Below the pieces are notes generated by a model that did not search any database, was not told where the DNA came from, and saw only the letters and a list, made by a program, of their open reading frames with translations. A DNA stretch of 64,000 nucleotides from Halocafeteria seosinensis (lineage: Eukaryota), in NCBI GenBank assembly GCA_001687465.1, contig LVLI01000150.1, forward strand, positions 1 to 64,000. The letters are read 5' to 3'. The position numbers and the translations under genes were made by a program. Shown one piece after another: positions 1 through 13,233 of this stretch. Each line of letters opens with the position of its first letter. The stretch's first letter is position 1.

Positions 1-126
1 CTGTAATGCATTCAGTAAGCTTGCACCGTTCACCGCAGGTGCTAGCTCTTCCCACACAGTGGACAAATCGGGACCAGGCGTTTCCTCGGTCTCTTCCAGA
101 ACTGTTGGGTTGATTTCTTCACTCAT
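1..126 (-). CDS. Possible 5' end of a hypothetical gene running off the window
   Basis: ATG at 126 opens MSEEINPTVLEETEETPGPDLSTVWEELAPAVNGASLLNALQ with no stop before the edge; no recognisable motif. Confidence 0.3.
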   Translation of the reverse strand, partial: MSEEINPTVLEETEETPGPDLSTVWEELAPAVNGASLLNALQ

Positions 127-1594
127 ATTCAATATCAACCAATGATGCGCAGTGTAGTGCGTATCCTCAAGGACAGATCCAACAAGTGTTACTTCGAAGT
201 GTTTCCTCTATTTCTTGCCTCTTGTACTGTTGGTTTGCTGCAATCGTAACACACTCTAACAATGATGGAGAATTCTTTATAAGCTTCCTTTCTGCTTAGA
301 AAACATGCAACATTGCCGACATCAGGCATACAACACGATAGATCCCATATACTAGTTTGTGAGAGACCGACAAGTGGGTGGTGTGTAGGGGGGCGGCACC
401 AGGGAACGGCAGTTGGTTGGCTGGGCGGATGGCGGAGGGGATAAACTTGGGAGAGCGGAAGCCCGATTTTCCGGCTAGGCTTGGTTTCCCATCCCCCGTA
501 GGTCCCCTTTAAAACCTTTTTTGTTGTTCTTGGGCGACATTCACAAAGCTGCCTCAGAGTCTCTCAGTGCATTATACCTTCGTGATATGATGTTGTTGAG
601 TAGCGCTCCTTTGACTGTATGGTTGTGCAGTGCTCTATGTCGACAAAGATGCCGTATACTCCAATTGGAATTCCAAACGGAACTACTTCAACTTCTACTA
701 CTTTTAGGCCGTGGTAAAATCTGTGCCGTGGGTGGAGCGTTTCGCAAATGTACAGAACGTTCGCCAACTGATTGCAAAAAACCACGCTCGACTTAGGTTC
801 CTCGTCACGCATCTCACATGCCTTTTAGGGGTTGTTGGCGAATCTGACGCACGAACACCAATTACATACATTCTCAGCAACCAGAATTACAACGGATTTT
901 AGATTGCCGTTTCTTATCCCTTTGCACCAGGACGAAAGGAGTTCAAAATTCTCGCAGCAGCATTCCCCCAGCGGTTCACAAGCCCCGGCTCATATGTAAT
1001 AAACGCATGGATAAGGGTAGGGCTACATGGCGCAAGAAGAACGAGGAGATTCATCAAAGGTGCGAACTTACATGGGTTCGTTGTAGTCCTTTCGGCAATG
1101 TTGGCTCAGCACGAACTGCTTCAGCTGCCTCTGGAGCCTCGGGACCTGTGGCGGTCGGATACTCGTACATTTTGAGCAAAGTTTTAGTATTCATGAGACA
1201 ACGTCCTTGGTGTATGCCAGACGGACTCGGTTTGCCTAGACACTTTCACACTTCTTAATTTTACCGTCTACTCGAGTCTGCCGCGATGAGAACTTATTGG
1301 TGGATCCGTCGTTGCTGGTCCCGCTACGGACCAAGACGAGGCGTGACCGGAGGCCGTTGTACGAAGGGGCCAGAATACGGTTGCAGCACACTTCTGGAGG
1401 TATATTGCTCAGGTGTGTAACCCTAAACTCAGATAGGATGCGTGGGGCACCAAGACCGCGACTATGACTGTGGATTTTAGACCAGAAGCTCCGGTTCGAC
1501 GAACCAGATACACGGCAGCTGATGCGTGTGTAAGAGACGGACCTACACCCTTACATCGGGTAAACCGCTGTCTGGCTCTGTAGCAATTAGCCTC

Positions 1595-2670
1595 TTAACA
1601 ACATCCACTGCTTTCTCCTTGCAGTTGCTGTCCTTTACCGACCTTAATGTTATCCTTATCCTTGTCTGGCGCGGGCTGGTGTTGCATTCGGTCCTTAATC
1701 TTTTCTGCCATAGTTACGAAACTCTTCTCTACGTTGGTGGCGTCCTTCGCAGAGGTCTCCAAAAACGGAATCCCATGTTCGTCGGCGAAGGCTTGGGCCT
1801 CCTCGAAATCTACCTGCCGTTTCGATTCTAAGTCACACTTGTTGCCAACAAGAAGTTTATTTACATTTGCGCAGGCATATCTTTCGATTTCGTTGAACCA
1901 CTGTTTCACATTATCGAAGCTTTCCCGGTCAGTGATGTCGTACACAATTATGATACCATGAGCCCCTCTGTAGTAGCTGCTTGTGATGGTCCGGAATCGT
2001 TCTTGTCCAGCAGTATCCCATATTTGAAGTTTAACAACCTTTTCAGCAACTTCGATGGTTTTAATTTTGAAGTCCACCCCAATGGTGGAAATGTAGCTCT
2101 CTGTATAGGTATCGTCGGCAAACCGCAACAGCAAACAACTCTTCCCTACGCCACTATCGCCTATGATAAGTAGCTTAAACAAAGCATCACTGCGGACGCG
2201 CACGTATCAACAAGAATATCAACGGTGCAAACCAGCCAATGAAGCACGACGATAGTGCATAGAATACTATATTTGCTATGAGCTATACACGACGGGACTA
2301 GCACCCGTCCCTTTTTTGCAGTTATTGTCTCCCCTTGAACTCCCTTGGGGGCGATCCCTCGGCCTTTTTGGCGCCGCCGGATTCTGAGGGCTTCCCTCCC
2401 ATTCGACAACATGCGCATTAGAAGAGCGCTGAGTTCTGAACTCATCGATCCAATACCTCTCATCAGAAGGAAGTGAACCCATTTCATTTACTACGTGGGA
2501 AATAGTAGGGAACTCTCGGGTGCAACAAAACTACCTCCACTTCCTTCGTTGCTCTGGCTATCCACGCTTTATAGACCTCCTCTACATCAAAGCTATCGTA
2601 TTTTGGACCCAGGAAGTAAAACAAGATTGAGAAAGAAGAAGGTCTTGGCCACTTACTAATCGGTGTTCAT
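1595..2670 (-). CDS. RAB1: Rab1/Ypt1 small GTPase (2 exons: 2670-2657, 2189-1595)
   Basis: Spliced [63 protein letters not shown] and C-terminal GCC prenylation motif; GTAAGT...CAG intron 2656-2190. Confidence 0.96.
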
Positions 2671-3456
2671 CTTGTTTCCTCCACTTTCTAGGGCTGGGGA
2701 CTCTCAATATGTGTATGTGTGTGCGTGTTGGGACTAATGTCTGAGAATGGGGTAAAAAAAATTACTGCATCGAATCAACCAATGTCGACTAACAAAGCGA
2801 ATAGTCCTATGTCACTATTCTATATCTGCAAGCATAAATGGTTGAAGAGCACAGGCTGCGCTTGAAGCCAAGAGTCCAGACAACCACAAAAACAGTTTCC
2901 GGGCGAAGCACGGAGGGAGGCCAAGCGGCCGCACAGCCTGGGGTATGCACTCTCCACAGTTCAACCACCGCAGGACGTCCAGCGACAACACGTGTTCATG
3001 CATACGCAGAAGAATTACATTTGTATGGACAGAAGGTATCTGCTTCCGTTGAGTAAGTGAGGCACTGCCAAGCACCTCCGCATCCTGTCCATGCCGCAAG
3101 TAGCTCGATCGGGCGAGCTATCGGCTATGTTGTGACTTGCACGACTGTACATTCATTACGGAAGTGCTATCGACGCAAAACGATACAGCGGTGGTGGTGT
3201 AGTTTGTTCTAATTGACCTGCCCTTCCACAATTTTCTGGTACCCCAACGAATCACGTATCCGTCTTTTTCGAGAGGACATTCGAGACTCTGCCGCTCGCG
3301 GCAAGTCTACTGGGCAGTGCGCTGCTGCAACCGGTCCTGGCGTCGCCGTGGCAGGCTCAGGGCCTTCTCCTCCCAGACTAAGCCTTGAAGGTAACTCTGA
3401 TATCGTTGGCGCAGGCATGGCACCTCCCCCGAGGCCTCCTGAGCAAAGCCAGTGTT

Positions 3457-3584
3457 GTGTTCCCTCACGGCGCATGTTTGCAGCCTTGCCCGTCGCTGCT
3501 TAACACCGGCGCATACCGTTCCTCGATAAGAGGATGCGGTCAACTCCCCGGCCGGTGGGCTATCTGTCACATATGCGTGTGTGC
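3457..3584 (+). repeat. Dispersed SINE/LINE-like 3' end, copy 1
   Basis: Near-identical to 62352-62492 and to the reverse complement of 18586-18648; stem-loop ACCG(T/C)TCCTC...GAGGATGCGGT followed by a (TG)n-like tail. Confidence 0.75.
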
Positions 3585-4291
3585 GGGGAAGTAGGTGCTG
3601 TTTGTCGGCCACTTCTCCTCCGTTGAGCTGCTGCAGCGTGGGGCTCCATGCTATGCATCCCGTGGCATCTGGCGTGACATCCCTAATGTTGCCCTTAGTT
3701 GAGCGCCTTTCGATTAAAGTACCATTTTTTCTGTATAAACTTGCAGGTACGGTAAGCTAGCCGTGTTGTTGTCTCGGCGCTAGCATAATTGATTACAGAC
3801 TTACTAGAGTTATAGCGAACGTAAGTAGCAAGCGTCTTACATTTAGTGCGCTGGGATTCCTTGACAAATCCCTGTTGTCGTCACCTCTCGTCAAGGAGCA
3901 TCACTACAGTACTACATACATTGTACCGGTAGTAACTACAATTTTTGCTAGTGGGGTTTGAAACCGGACCGGATCCGTTACCCTTAGATTGGACGGCCTA
4001 TCATACAGCTCCTTCAAAAAGGTGAGCGCTTTTGAGCCCATCCCTCGGTACACGAATGGAGAAAAGCTACTCCGCCTCCCTTCTCTCTCTTGTCAGTCAC
4101 GCCGTATCGGGCACTACTAAATCAACCACTTGCACAGCATTCTACAGTTGCTCCGTTGCACCGAACAGCTTAGGCGCAGTCGAAGGTCCATGACAAACAG
4201 CACCGGGTCCGTTACCCTGAGATCGCATATCATAGGGAACTGCTGTGTGCAACCCATTAGGTCTATCTCTCCAATGTCTCTTTTTTCTTAG

Positions 4292-5346
4292 AGGCGGCAG
4301 TACCCGCAGGTCAACAAGCATTACTCGAATGGTTGGACAAAGCGAGGGAGGAGTTGGGAGAGAAGCACGAGCTGTGCGTCAGGATGGTCCAGAAGTATGG
4401 TAGAGCATTTGGAAAAGCTCCGTTCGACACGAAAACGGATGCTATAGCCTTCTTCCGGGAGAAAAACGTTGCAGAGGCCACCACTTTAGGTACCGCTGCT
4501 TTCGAAGAGAGCCAGAAATATATCGGTATGTAGGGCATTCATGTTTGTGTCTATCCTAATCTAGATCATTCTTCTTCGTGGTTGGTGGAAACGGCAGATG
4601 CTGCCATAAGAAACATACCTCGTTGTAAGTGAACTCTGTCTGCCGGTTGCCTTTGGTGCCTTCATTCACTCAGAGTATCCCAAACTGATTCATGCAGTGG
4701 ACGAGATCCCTTCCCAGGAACTGTTTGTTAAGCAGCCATTTTACATCGATAGACTGGTCGACTTGGGTACCATGGTGGAGTCAATTGCAAAGCATTCGCA
4801 GGCGAGGGGTATTGAGTATGCTGCGCTGCGGACGCTGTTTACTGCCTTGGCATGGGGCTCAGGTAAAACACAACTCGGCGTACAGTCCCTGCAACAATTT
4901 CACGCTAGCAGTGACATGTACAGCGGAGAAACTGAGTACGTGTATTTCAATGGGCGACTTCACCATACACAGGGCAAGAGTGAAAAACAGGATTTCCCTA
5001 GTAGCTCTGATGAAAACGAAGGAGACGATGAGGAATTTTATTCTCCTTTATCTTCCTCTGGCAGGACCTCTGCAGATCAAGACGACGTTCGTCAAGACTC
5101 ACAAAATATAAGTATGCGGATATCACGAATGGCGTATGAAACAGCTATGAAATGGGGTCAAGCGCTTGGGCTATAAGATTGTTAAGGTGGCGTGGTATTC
5201 CTTATGACTTAAAGAATCCTACGATGGCGCCAACAAATAATCGGATAATAAAGTTTACAAACCCGTCTGCTCCAATCGAATTTGCTATGGCCACGGGTAA
5301 AGCATTGTGCACTGCCTGGTATGAGGGGCGCCAGGCTATTCCTTGA
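4292..5346 (+). pseudogene. Decayed P-loop NTPase-like gene fragment
   Basis: Spliceable ORF pieces 4333-4533 and 4697-5176; Walker-A-like LAWGSGKT (first position non-canonical), then stops and frame changes before the NTPase domain is complete. Confidence 0.45.
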
Positions 5347-5946
5347 TGTAGGATCCACAATAACGTGCGTTAATGAAAAGAATAGTATCCCGAATGACAA
5401 TGAACAGGCAAGTATTAATCCCTACGAATTTACATTACCTTCCATTATCCTCTATTCCTCTTGTTGCTGTATCTTGTTTCCTCTTTTGTTGTCCGCGCGC
5501 AGTTGTCTGACCATGGCAAGGAGAAAACGTTCCTGAGTATGGTCTTTGATTAACAGGTACACACGCGCGCAGTGCCGCGCACTCCTTAGTAAGTCCTTAC
5601 CCTTGGTGGGAACCAGACAAGCAACTACTTCACAACTCTACTTGTGACTCAAGTTGTGAGAGACTGCGTTGTTCGTATTGATCTTGGATTGGAGTATTAC
5701 AAAAGACTTGTATTAGTAGGCAATGATGCTACAGACGGCACTGTGATTTTGGTGCTCCGCATGGTACCCATACAAAGACTCTGTGGTCAACAACGTTCGC
5801 ACCCCTGCGGCAGGCTGCGGGTAACAACATACATATACACTGCTGCCCTGGCCAGCTATCGATCGCCAACAGGCCGTTGCAGCTATAGTGTATTATGTAC
5901 ATACACATCTCATAAGAAGAGAGTATAGACTGAGTCTGTGCAGACC

Positions 5947-8900
5947 ATGGAGGGTCGAAACAATCGATCGGCGCAGCATCCGCCTAACGGCAAGTCTTCA
6001 CACGGTACAACGATGCAGCACGACACAATAACAAAGCCTACAAAGCAGGTCGATTCCATGTCATCCAGTGGTAGTGAATGCAACAGACGCTCAACAGACC
6101 GTTCACAAATTTCTGCATCACGAGTTACCATGAACCTCTCCAAAGAGGAACGAGATGCAATCCGACCATACGTAAGACAGAAGCTAAGGAAAGTTGCATT
6201 TCATTCATGGGGCAACCAGAAGGATGTGTTCGCTGCTGCTACGGCAAGTTGGAGCTCTGATGCGGCTAGTGAGGGAAGTGCCACTCCGCGAGGGACCCAA
6301 CCTCCAGTCTCAAGAGCAGCAACAAAGATATTTGGGCTCAAAGAGCTCTGGAAGAACATGGATGGTGCATCCCAGGGACATATCGAAATAGCGGACCTTC
6401 TGGCTGCTGTAGAGTATTTTGGTGTACGTTGTTGTTGGTTTTTGTTACGACGAGCGCCACGGATACTATGAGCCGCTCCCTTTTTTGCGCCGCAGGACAC
6501 GTTGGAGGACACTGAAATATTATTCTTGCTAAATGAGTACCGCCATTCCTTACATAAAACTCGCATCAATTATATGACACTTTGGAAGCACTTAGAAGTT
6601 GATGTTCCCAACGACTATGTCGATCCGGATGAAGTATTCGATAGTCTACCAGAGCCCTTTCGCAGTGTCCGCGAAGAAATCCGGGGGATTATCAATAACG
6701 CATCAGAGGAGGGTATTCAAAAGGAGGTCAAACCGAGCCTTATCAGCTTTAGGAAGCACCATCGGAAGAAGCTGGATGCCTTGTCCAGCGTTACAGTTGG
6801 AGAAACAATTGAAGTACCCAGTGGCATAACGGTATTTCCGCAAGCGGAGACTTTGCATGACACCGCAGACGGTGCCGATGAAGGCAATGTTTCCCCGCAA
6901 AGTGATGAAACACCTCTCTACGAAGGACCAAATGCTACTTCAACGGATGCTGCTGCAGGCACGAGCAAGAGCGAAAAATTACTGCAAACCCTCCGCCCTC
7001 TGTCACACTACATGCGTCGCTTTTTCAAACATCAGGCTGAAACGTCGTCGCAGACAATTAACCGACTTACGGCATCCTCTTCATCTCACCAGGGGCAGTT
7101 CTATATTACGGGATGCAGCGATGGCTTGATCCACATTATGGATCCTCACAGCAGTGACCGGGGCAGCTCGTTGCTCTCATTCCGCGCGTTCACCCCTGGT
7201 GCACCAGTAGTGGATCCTTCTCAATGGTCCGCACTTCATGGAGCGTTATGCTGGTGTGAAAATCCGGAAACTGAGGAAGTTGGTAATACTGAGAGCCCCT
7301 CCGAGGACGACGAGGACGCTCAAACGGTTAATTGGGTTTTCTCGGGGCACGGTGGATTACTCGAAAACTTGGCACGACAAGAGCAGGTATTCCACAATGC
7401 CTACGCCGATATTGATTCGCTGGCGAGATCCTCAAAAGAACGACTGGCAGCATACTTATCCGGTGACCAAGTAGAGACCCACGGCCAGTCGAAAAAGGCA
7501 GAACGCCCGAGGAGTGGGAAGAGTGCGCGGTCTACCACCTCATCTGCTGACAATATCGGAGAGTCCAATGTCCGCTGGAAATCTCATTGGCAAGAAATGG
7601 CTGAAATACTCAGAAGCCGCTGCCCGTCGTTCGTTTTTCCACCGGCTTCTGCTTCATCGTTCGGACAGAGCGCATTATCAGTAGACGAAAAGTCGTTGGA
7701 GGAAAACCGTTGGCAGGTGCTCAAGAGCACTATCGAAGAGTGCTTTGAGGAGCCTTTGAAGAGCAGGATCAACTCGGTCATAGGAGTTGGTCTAGGGTCT
7801 TCAGACAAACGAAGTCAAAGTCCAGGTAGAAAGAAAGCGAATCCGTCGGAAGATAAGTCATCGATCGATGATGGCACTGCTTCCGCAAAGAATTCCACGA
7901 AGGACCTCTTAACACGCGCCCTGCAGAACGAAAACATAAGTCGCGAGAACAGTGATATCAGCCTTCTGCAATCCCTCAACTTCGTCGTCTCTTCAGCTTT
8001 GCCACTACCTTTAATTGGAGGTGGGGTGAGTGTTCTTCCGCCGGAATGCCCTCACCCTGCAGAAGATCATTACACTGATACGTCGCTTCTACAAGAAGCT
8101 GCTCGGATAGATTCGAAATCGTCTAACTACGCTACTGCCATTAAGGAACAGGCCGCACGCTCTCAAATTACCTGGGCACAGATTCCCAGTGAGAGGGGGA
8201 TCATAATTGCTACTGTCACCCATTTGCATGCATTTGTACCGGTAGAGGATAGTACCGCGGAGGAGAGAAAGTTTCAGGCTACTCCTTCTGCATCGGAGAT
8301 ACGCTGGTTTCATGTCGACGAGAAGGCACTGCAAAGTAGGTCTGCCTTACTACGTGGTTACGAAGAGTGGGGGTCGTCGCACTCTTCTGTGGACGGTACC
8401 ACGAAAATGGGCTGTAATAGTGCTTTTGGTGAAGGTGCGAGCACCATTTCTCGGCTGAGAGCGTTAATTGAAGTGGGAGCCGGTGTTGATGGGGCATCCG
8501 ACGATTTTCCAAAAACTACCAAAGATATACTTGAAGACGGAGAAAGTTCCGTCCGTGCTATTGACCCATCCAAAGATGATCCAGACATATTAGCGCGGCT
8601 AGCTGCTATCCCGGCACCAGGTATGCCTCCGAACACGATTCTTAGTCCCGTCCGCTGGCTAGCTTTCGCTCGGATTCCGGCTGTTGTTGATCGTGTTGAA
8701 ATGTCGAGTGACGGACGGTTCACTTCTGTGTCGACTCATCCCGCTGATTCCAGGTCACGGTCATCTGTTCAGCACTGCTCTGCTGCATACATCTTCCATC
8801 ATCATCCGTCGATTTTTGCTCCACGTCCAAACGATCCGTCCTCAACTGCAGACCACCAGCCTAGGTATTCCAAGGTTACAGGAGAGCAAGCTGACGATGA

Positions 8901-11781
8901 CACCTCGGATGAAGACGAAGACTCTGATGAGGAGAAAGAAACACTTGACGAATCTCTAACCCAGGAAGAAAAGGCTGATCACTCTGTAGGTGGGTCTCGC
9001 GGCAAGAAGAAGAAGCGTAACGTTGTGGCAATTCCATCTCCATTAAGACCTGTTGCTTTGCCACCGCTACTGGTAGTCCCATCTCCTCCTGTACGGGAAC
9101 TGTTAGATAGGAAAGCCCCATCAGTAAGCTTCGATTTGTCCAAAAGCCCAGCCATCGAATTTTTGAGGGAATGGGCGATCATGCTGAGCTCCGAATCAGA
9201 AGAAGACTTTCCAAGTATGAAGGCTTGTGTTGATGCGTTGATGTGCTCCAGTACTCCAGTCATACCAATTGAATACCTTAGCGGTACTATCCCGCAAATT
9301 GAGTTCCACGTCCATCCTATAGTGGAGAAGAATTTCCGGGGAACGAAAAACCATGGTCATACGCCTATGACAACAGAGAAACGTCACCGGAAAATGAGTA
9401 TGAGCTCGTTTGGGGGTGGAGGTAACCAGTCGTACCGAGCCCCTTCAGTGGGGGAATCACCAAGTGTAGCCGATGGTCGCTCTTCTACCAATAAGCTTGC
9501 TAACTTAGACTTCGACTTACTGAAGTCGCGGTCGCCAGTGCTGGATGGAGACCCGGCAGCGTTTAGTTTCTTCTACTTTTGGCCACACTCTGAGGATATC
9601 CCGGTGCTGAACTCCTACGGCAAATTTAGGCAGGTCATGGGGAAATGTTTTCGCGTTTCGATCCCGCAAAACGTCTACCTAGCAAGCCAAGATCAGTTCA
9701 TTCCGGATAGCACATCGCCCACTCTATCCAACATCGCAGCACGGGATTGGGGCTTCCTGCGTTTGGGACGTGTGGATGGTATGAGGAGCACGGGAGAAAT
9801 TGATCATTGGTCGTTCTATTGTCCGCCCAGTACTTCTGGCTCTGCACACAGAACGACATTAGCGCCTCCAAGTTTGGGCGAAAGTATTCCTTTCTCCCTT
9901 AAGTACTTCAAACTGGCCGTCCCGAATGGGGCAATCTCGCTCCGGTCCCCTGTTACGAGTTTTACCGCACAATCGGGGGCACTTAGGCATGAACGTGCCG
10001 AGGGGGCCCGCTACCAGGTGGACAACAACTGGCCTTTGGCTGATTCTTCATTGGAACACGACAAGGGAGTCTCTCTGCAACTTGCAGTTACCAGCTCTAG
10101 CACGGTATCTGAAGGATTAGGCGCAGAGCATTGCTTTCCAAAAACATCCACATCTGCAATGTTTCACAGACTCAAGCGACCGAATGTTGGAACATTGTTT
10201 TGCTTTGGCTGTAGAGATGGGTCAATTACAATTGCTGAAATAGAAGAACAATGTTCGGTGGAATTTCAATGGAAGAGCGTTGCTTCTTCAAATCTTCCCC
10301 ATGCGGGAAGTGTGCTAGAAGTACTGTTTACCAGCGCCGGGTTCCCCACCACTTCCGGACTTAGCAAGACGTCACGGGTGGAACATCTCGCATTGTCCAA
10401 TGGCCGTTGGCTATCAGCCGCAACCGATACCCACTTAATATTGTTGTTCGATCTCCTTGGACACCACTATCCAGCGTATCACTACCATCACGAGAAGTTA
10501 ACTTCCTTTGAATCATCGTTTCCTCTTCCCGGAAGAGCCATCAACCAACCGTCTACATTCTCGGATGCGAAGGAGGCTCTTCATCGGGCCGCCAAAAACG
10601 ATCAGAAATGGGGCTGCTTAGAGGGTTCTTGCTCAGAAAAGTGCTTGCTCGACACTAACATCGACACAGGGTATTTAATCGCGGCCAGGAGGGACGGAAT
10701 TGCCACAGTAAAGCGGATGTACATGATGGATACCCCTCCCCCTGGAAACCCTTCACTATTATCTCCGCTTCAGGTTCCCCTGCTTATTGTCGATGTGGTG
10801 GAGACAATTTCCAGCGAGACCACCGGCGAGCGAGAGGAACGATCGCTCTATATCTACGATGTCCCTGCGGGTCAGTGGCTAGGAACAATAGATTCTGCAT
10901 TGTTACGGACGTCAACGTTTTGCTCGGATAGCCATGTGGACGAATTCTTCAACATAGCCAGCTTAGTGGCCGATACCTTGATGATTCCTGTCCCCTTCAC
11001 TAGGAAAGTGGAGTCGTCTGAATTTGTTGGCGCTGGTGGAAGTCCCGTGTCTCTCCTAGAAACAGTTGTGCGACGTCATGAGAGTGATTTCCCGGTTGGA
11101 CTGGCCACCGTCTCGTTTGCAGATTTGCTAATCAACCGGTTTCCCAGTATTCAGCATGCCATAGCTGAAATCGATAATCCTCTTATTGATGCTAGAGCCG
11201 CAGCTATACAACTGTTTCACCTGTCGACTCCTTTTCAACGTTTCTATGATCCAGAAATGCTGCAACGCAGCTCTGAAGAGCACCGACAGCTCCTCTCTAT
11301 GTCTGTCAACTACGTAGAGAAACGCGTAGGTGCGGGACTACTTCGAAGAGTGGGACTGCTGCCTTCGTCCCAATTAGCAAGAACGAAAACGGGACAAAGC
11401 ATCAGCCAGACTTTGGTTTCCCAATCTGGTAGCTCACATAAGTCCCGCACGTCCCGTCGGTCGGGACGTCAGTCTTCGGAAGAACGAAAACATGCATCTC
11501 CGACAGATGAACGGTGTCTCCGTCATACATTGGAGAGTGAATTGGCTAACTCTTTTGATGAACCAATTGCAAAGCACAAACAGGGCACCACTGCTGCCGC
11601 GAAACCAACTGATACTCCTGCCAAGGTTGTGTTATCCTCGCCCCAATACATTTCACACGCGTACAATAATGCCCGCCAAGGTAGCCGCTCGCATCGTGCC
11701 GAATGGTTTAGTTCCCGTCGGACTGCCATGAAAAATACGTTAGGAAGTCTTAAGCTCGGTTCGGGACGTCCTGCCAGGTAA
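5947..11781 (+). CDS. WDR93: WDR93-like WD40 protein with N-terminal degenerate EF-hand pair (exons 5947-6423, 6496-11781)
   Basis: Phase-0 GTACGT...CAG intron joins the two ORFs. VDPDEVFDSLPEPFRSV resembles the WDR93 N-terminal DPDEELDSLPQPYRMI motif (recalled). WD-like FYITGCSDGLIHIMD and FCFGCRDGSITIAE; EF-like MDGASQGHIEIADL. Confidence 0.6.
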
Positions 11782-12257
11782 TCTTTTTCCAATTCACGTG
11801 TGCCACTTAATTCCTCCCTTGGGAATGTCCGACCATAGTGAACGAAGGGAGAATCATATTGACGATGTCTTCTTCTAGAGGAAACGTCCATTGTTTCCTC
11901 ACACACATAGGCACACCCAAAAAATAAATAAACGTAAAAGTATCAGTCTCCTTCTTTCCTCCCAGCAACCAAACACCCCCAACACCGCGTCAGCCAGCAG
12001 CAGCTTCACAACATGAATAATGGGTTACATTGCCATAACGAGCTGTTGTACAGTATTTACACAGATCCTGTGTTTTGTACGTTGCTTTCGACGTTCCTTC
12101 CTGGAACTACTGTATGTCTGTGACAGTGGTAGCGTGTGCAGTCCTTTGTGTCGTTGAAGGAATTGCGATTGCAACAGTATCCAACCCAAAGGATCCCGCG
12201 TAGCCCGCTGCTAGCGAAAAACACAGTCTCTTGTTGTGTTGTCACGAGCAGAGAACG

Positions 12258-13118
12258 ATGTCTGCTATGGATGAAGACCCCATGGCAATGCTGCGCAAGC
12301 TGTTCGATCGTAGTCCGGAGGAAGATATCGACGAAGTGAGTCTATCCTCGGACGATGAAAAAGACCCGAGCACCATGTGTCCGTTCAGCCGAGCGGTGCG
12401 GGAATTCATCCGAGAATGCAGGACCAAACTCGCCACTCGAGACGCCAAAATCTACAAACTAAATATCAAACAGCTGGAAAATGCTCTGAGGGACCAGGGA
12501 ATTCTGGAGAGCGAAACTGTTTTTGACCACTTGAGCGACACAATCGTTGACTTTCTGAACTTCCGTCTGGTGGTCAAGTTTTGTAAGATCACCAAAAAGC
12601 AACTCAAACAAGCGGCAACTGTTTTGAAGAACTTTGGAAACTTTCTACTCAGAAGGAATTATGTCAGCCAAGTTGAGGGACTTACTATCGTCGAAATGGC
12701 TCAACGAGCACACCACGATCTACCTGGATGCGAAGAGCTGTACAACGCTATCGCGGAATTCGCTCCGAACGAGAACGGAGTCCATGCCAGGGATACGACC
12801 ACAGCAAATATGTTTTCGGGGAAATCGTTTAAATTTCCTCCTTCCAAGCGAATCAACATGTGGGGGCAAAAGCCCAAGAAGGGAGAAAAGATGGGTCTCT
12901 ACTACATTCGGAAAATTGGCGAAGGAATACTGCATTTGCGTAACACTCAAGATGAACGAGACAACATCAAAGTCAACGTGCCGGCGCATATTGCTCAGAA
13001 GGCTGCATATGACTGGACTCTAGATGCAGAATTCGTAAAAGATGGAGCAAACTGGAAAATATCAGAAATCTATTGTGTGTATCCAGCTCCCTTGACATGC
13101 ACAGTGTACTCAATGTAG
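12258..13118 (+). CDS. Intronless hypothetical protein, prokaryote-like (helical N-domain plus beta-rich C-domain ending ISEIYCVYP)
   Basis: Clean ~286-codon ORF from ATG 12258 with globular composition; resemblance to an uncharacterised bacterial family is from memory only. Confidence 0.75.
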   Translation: MSAMDEDPMAMLRKLFDRSPEEDIDEVSLSSDDEKDPSTMCPFSRAVREFIRECRTKLATRDAKIYKLNIKQLENALRDQGILESETVFDHLSDTIVDFLNFRLVVKFCKITKKQLKQAATVLKNFGNFLLRRNYVSQVEGLTIVEMAQRAHHDLPGCEELYNAIAEFAPNENGVHARDTTTANMFSGKSFKFPPSKRINMWGQKPKKGEKMGLYYIRKIGEGILHLRNTQDERDNIKVNVPAHIAQKAAYDWTLDAEFVKDGANWKISEIYCVYPAPLTCTVYSM

Positions 13119-13233
13119 TATGAGGAATCAAAACATCTAAAGACGTGCGAAACGCATAGTACGCCGTGCACTTATTCTTAACTAAATGGGGTAATAAGTG
13201 ACCAACGCTGTTGGTTCGTCCCGCGTCCTTACT

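Noticed and set aside
2440..2470. Hammerhead ribozyme suggested by CTGATGA in the Rab1 intron
   Set aside because: No stem II followed by GAAA at the required spacing.
3969..4223. 21-bp imperfect direct repeat CCGG(A/G)TCCGTTACCCT(T/G)AGAT
   Set aside because: Only two copies, with no associated structure or element boundaries.
12258..13118. Tyrosine recombinase serving the element
   Set aside because: No R...HxxR...Y catalytic set; it lies 37 kb away in host-like DNA.
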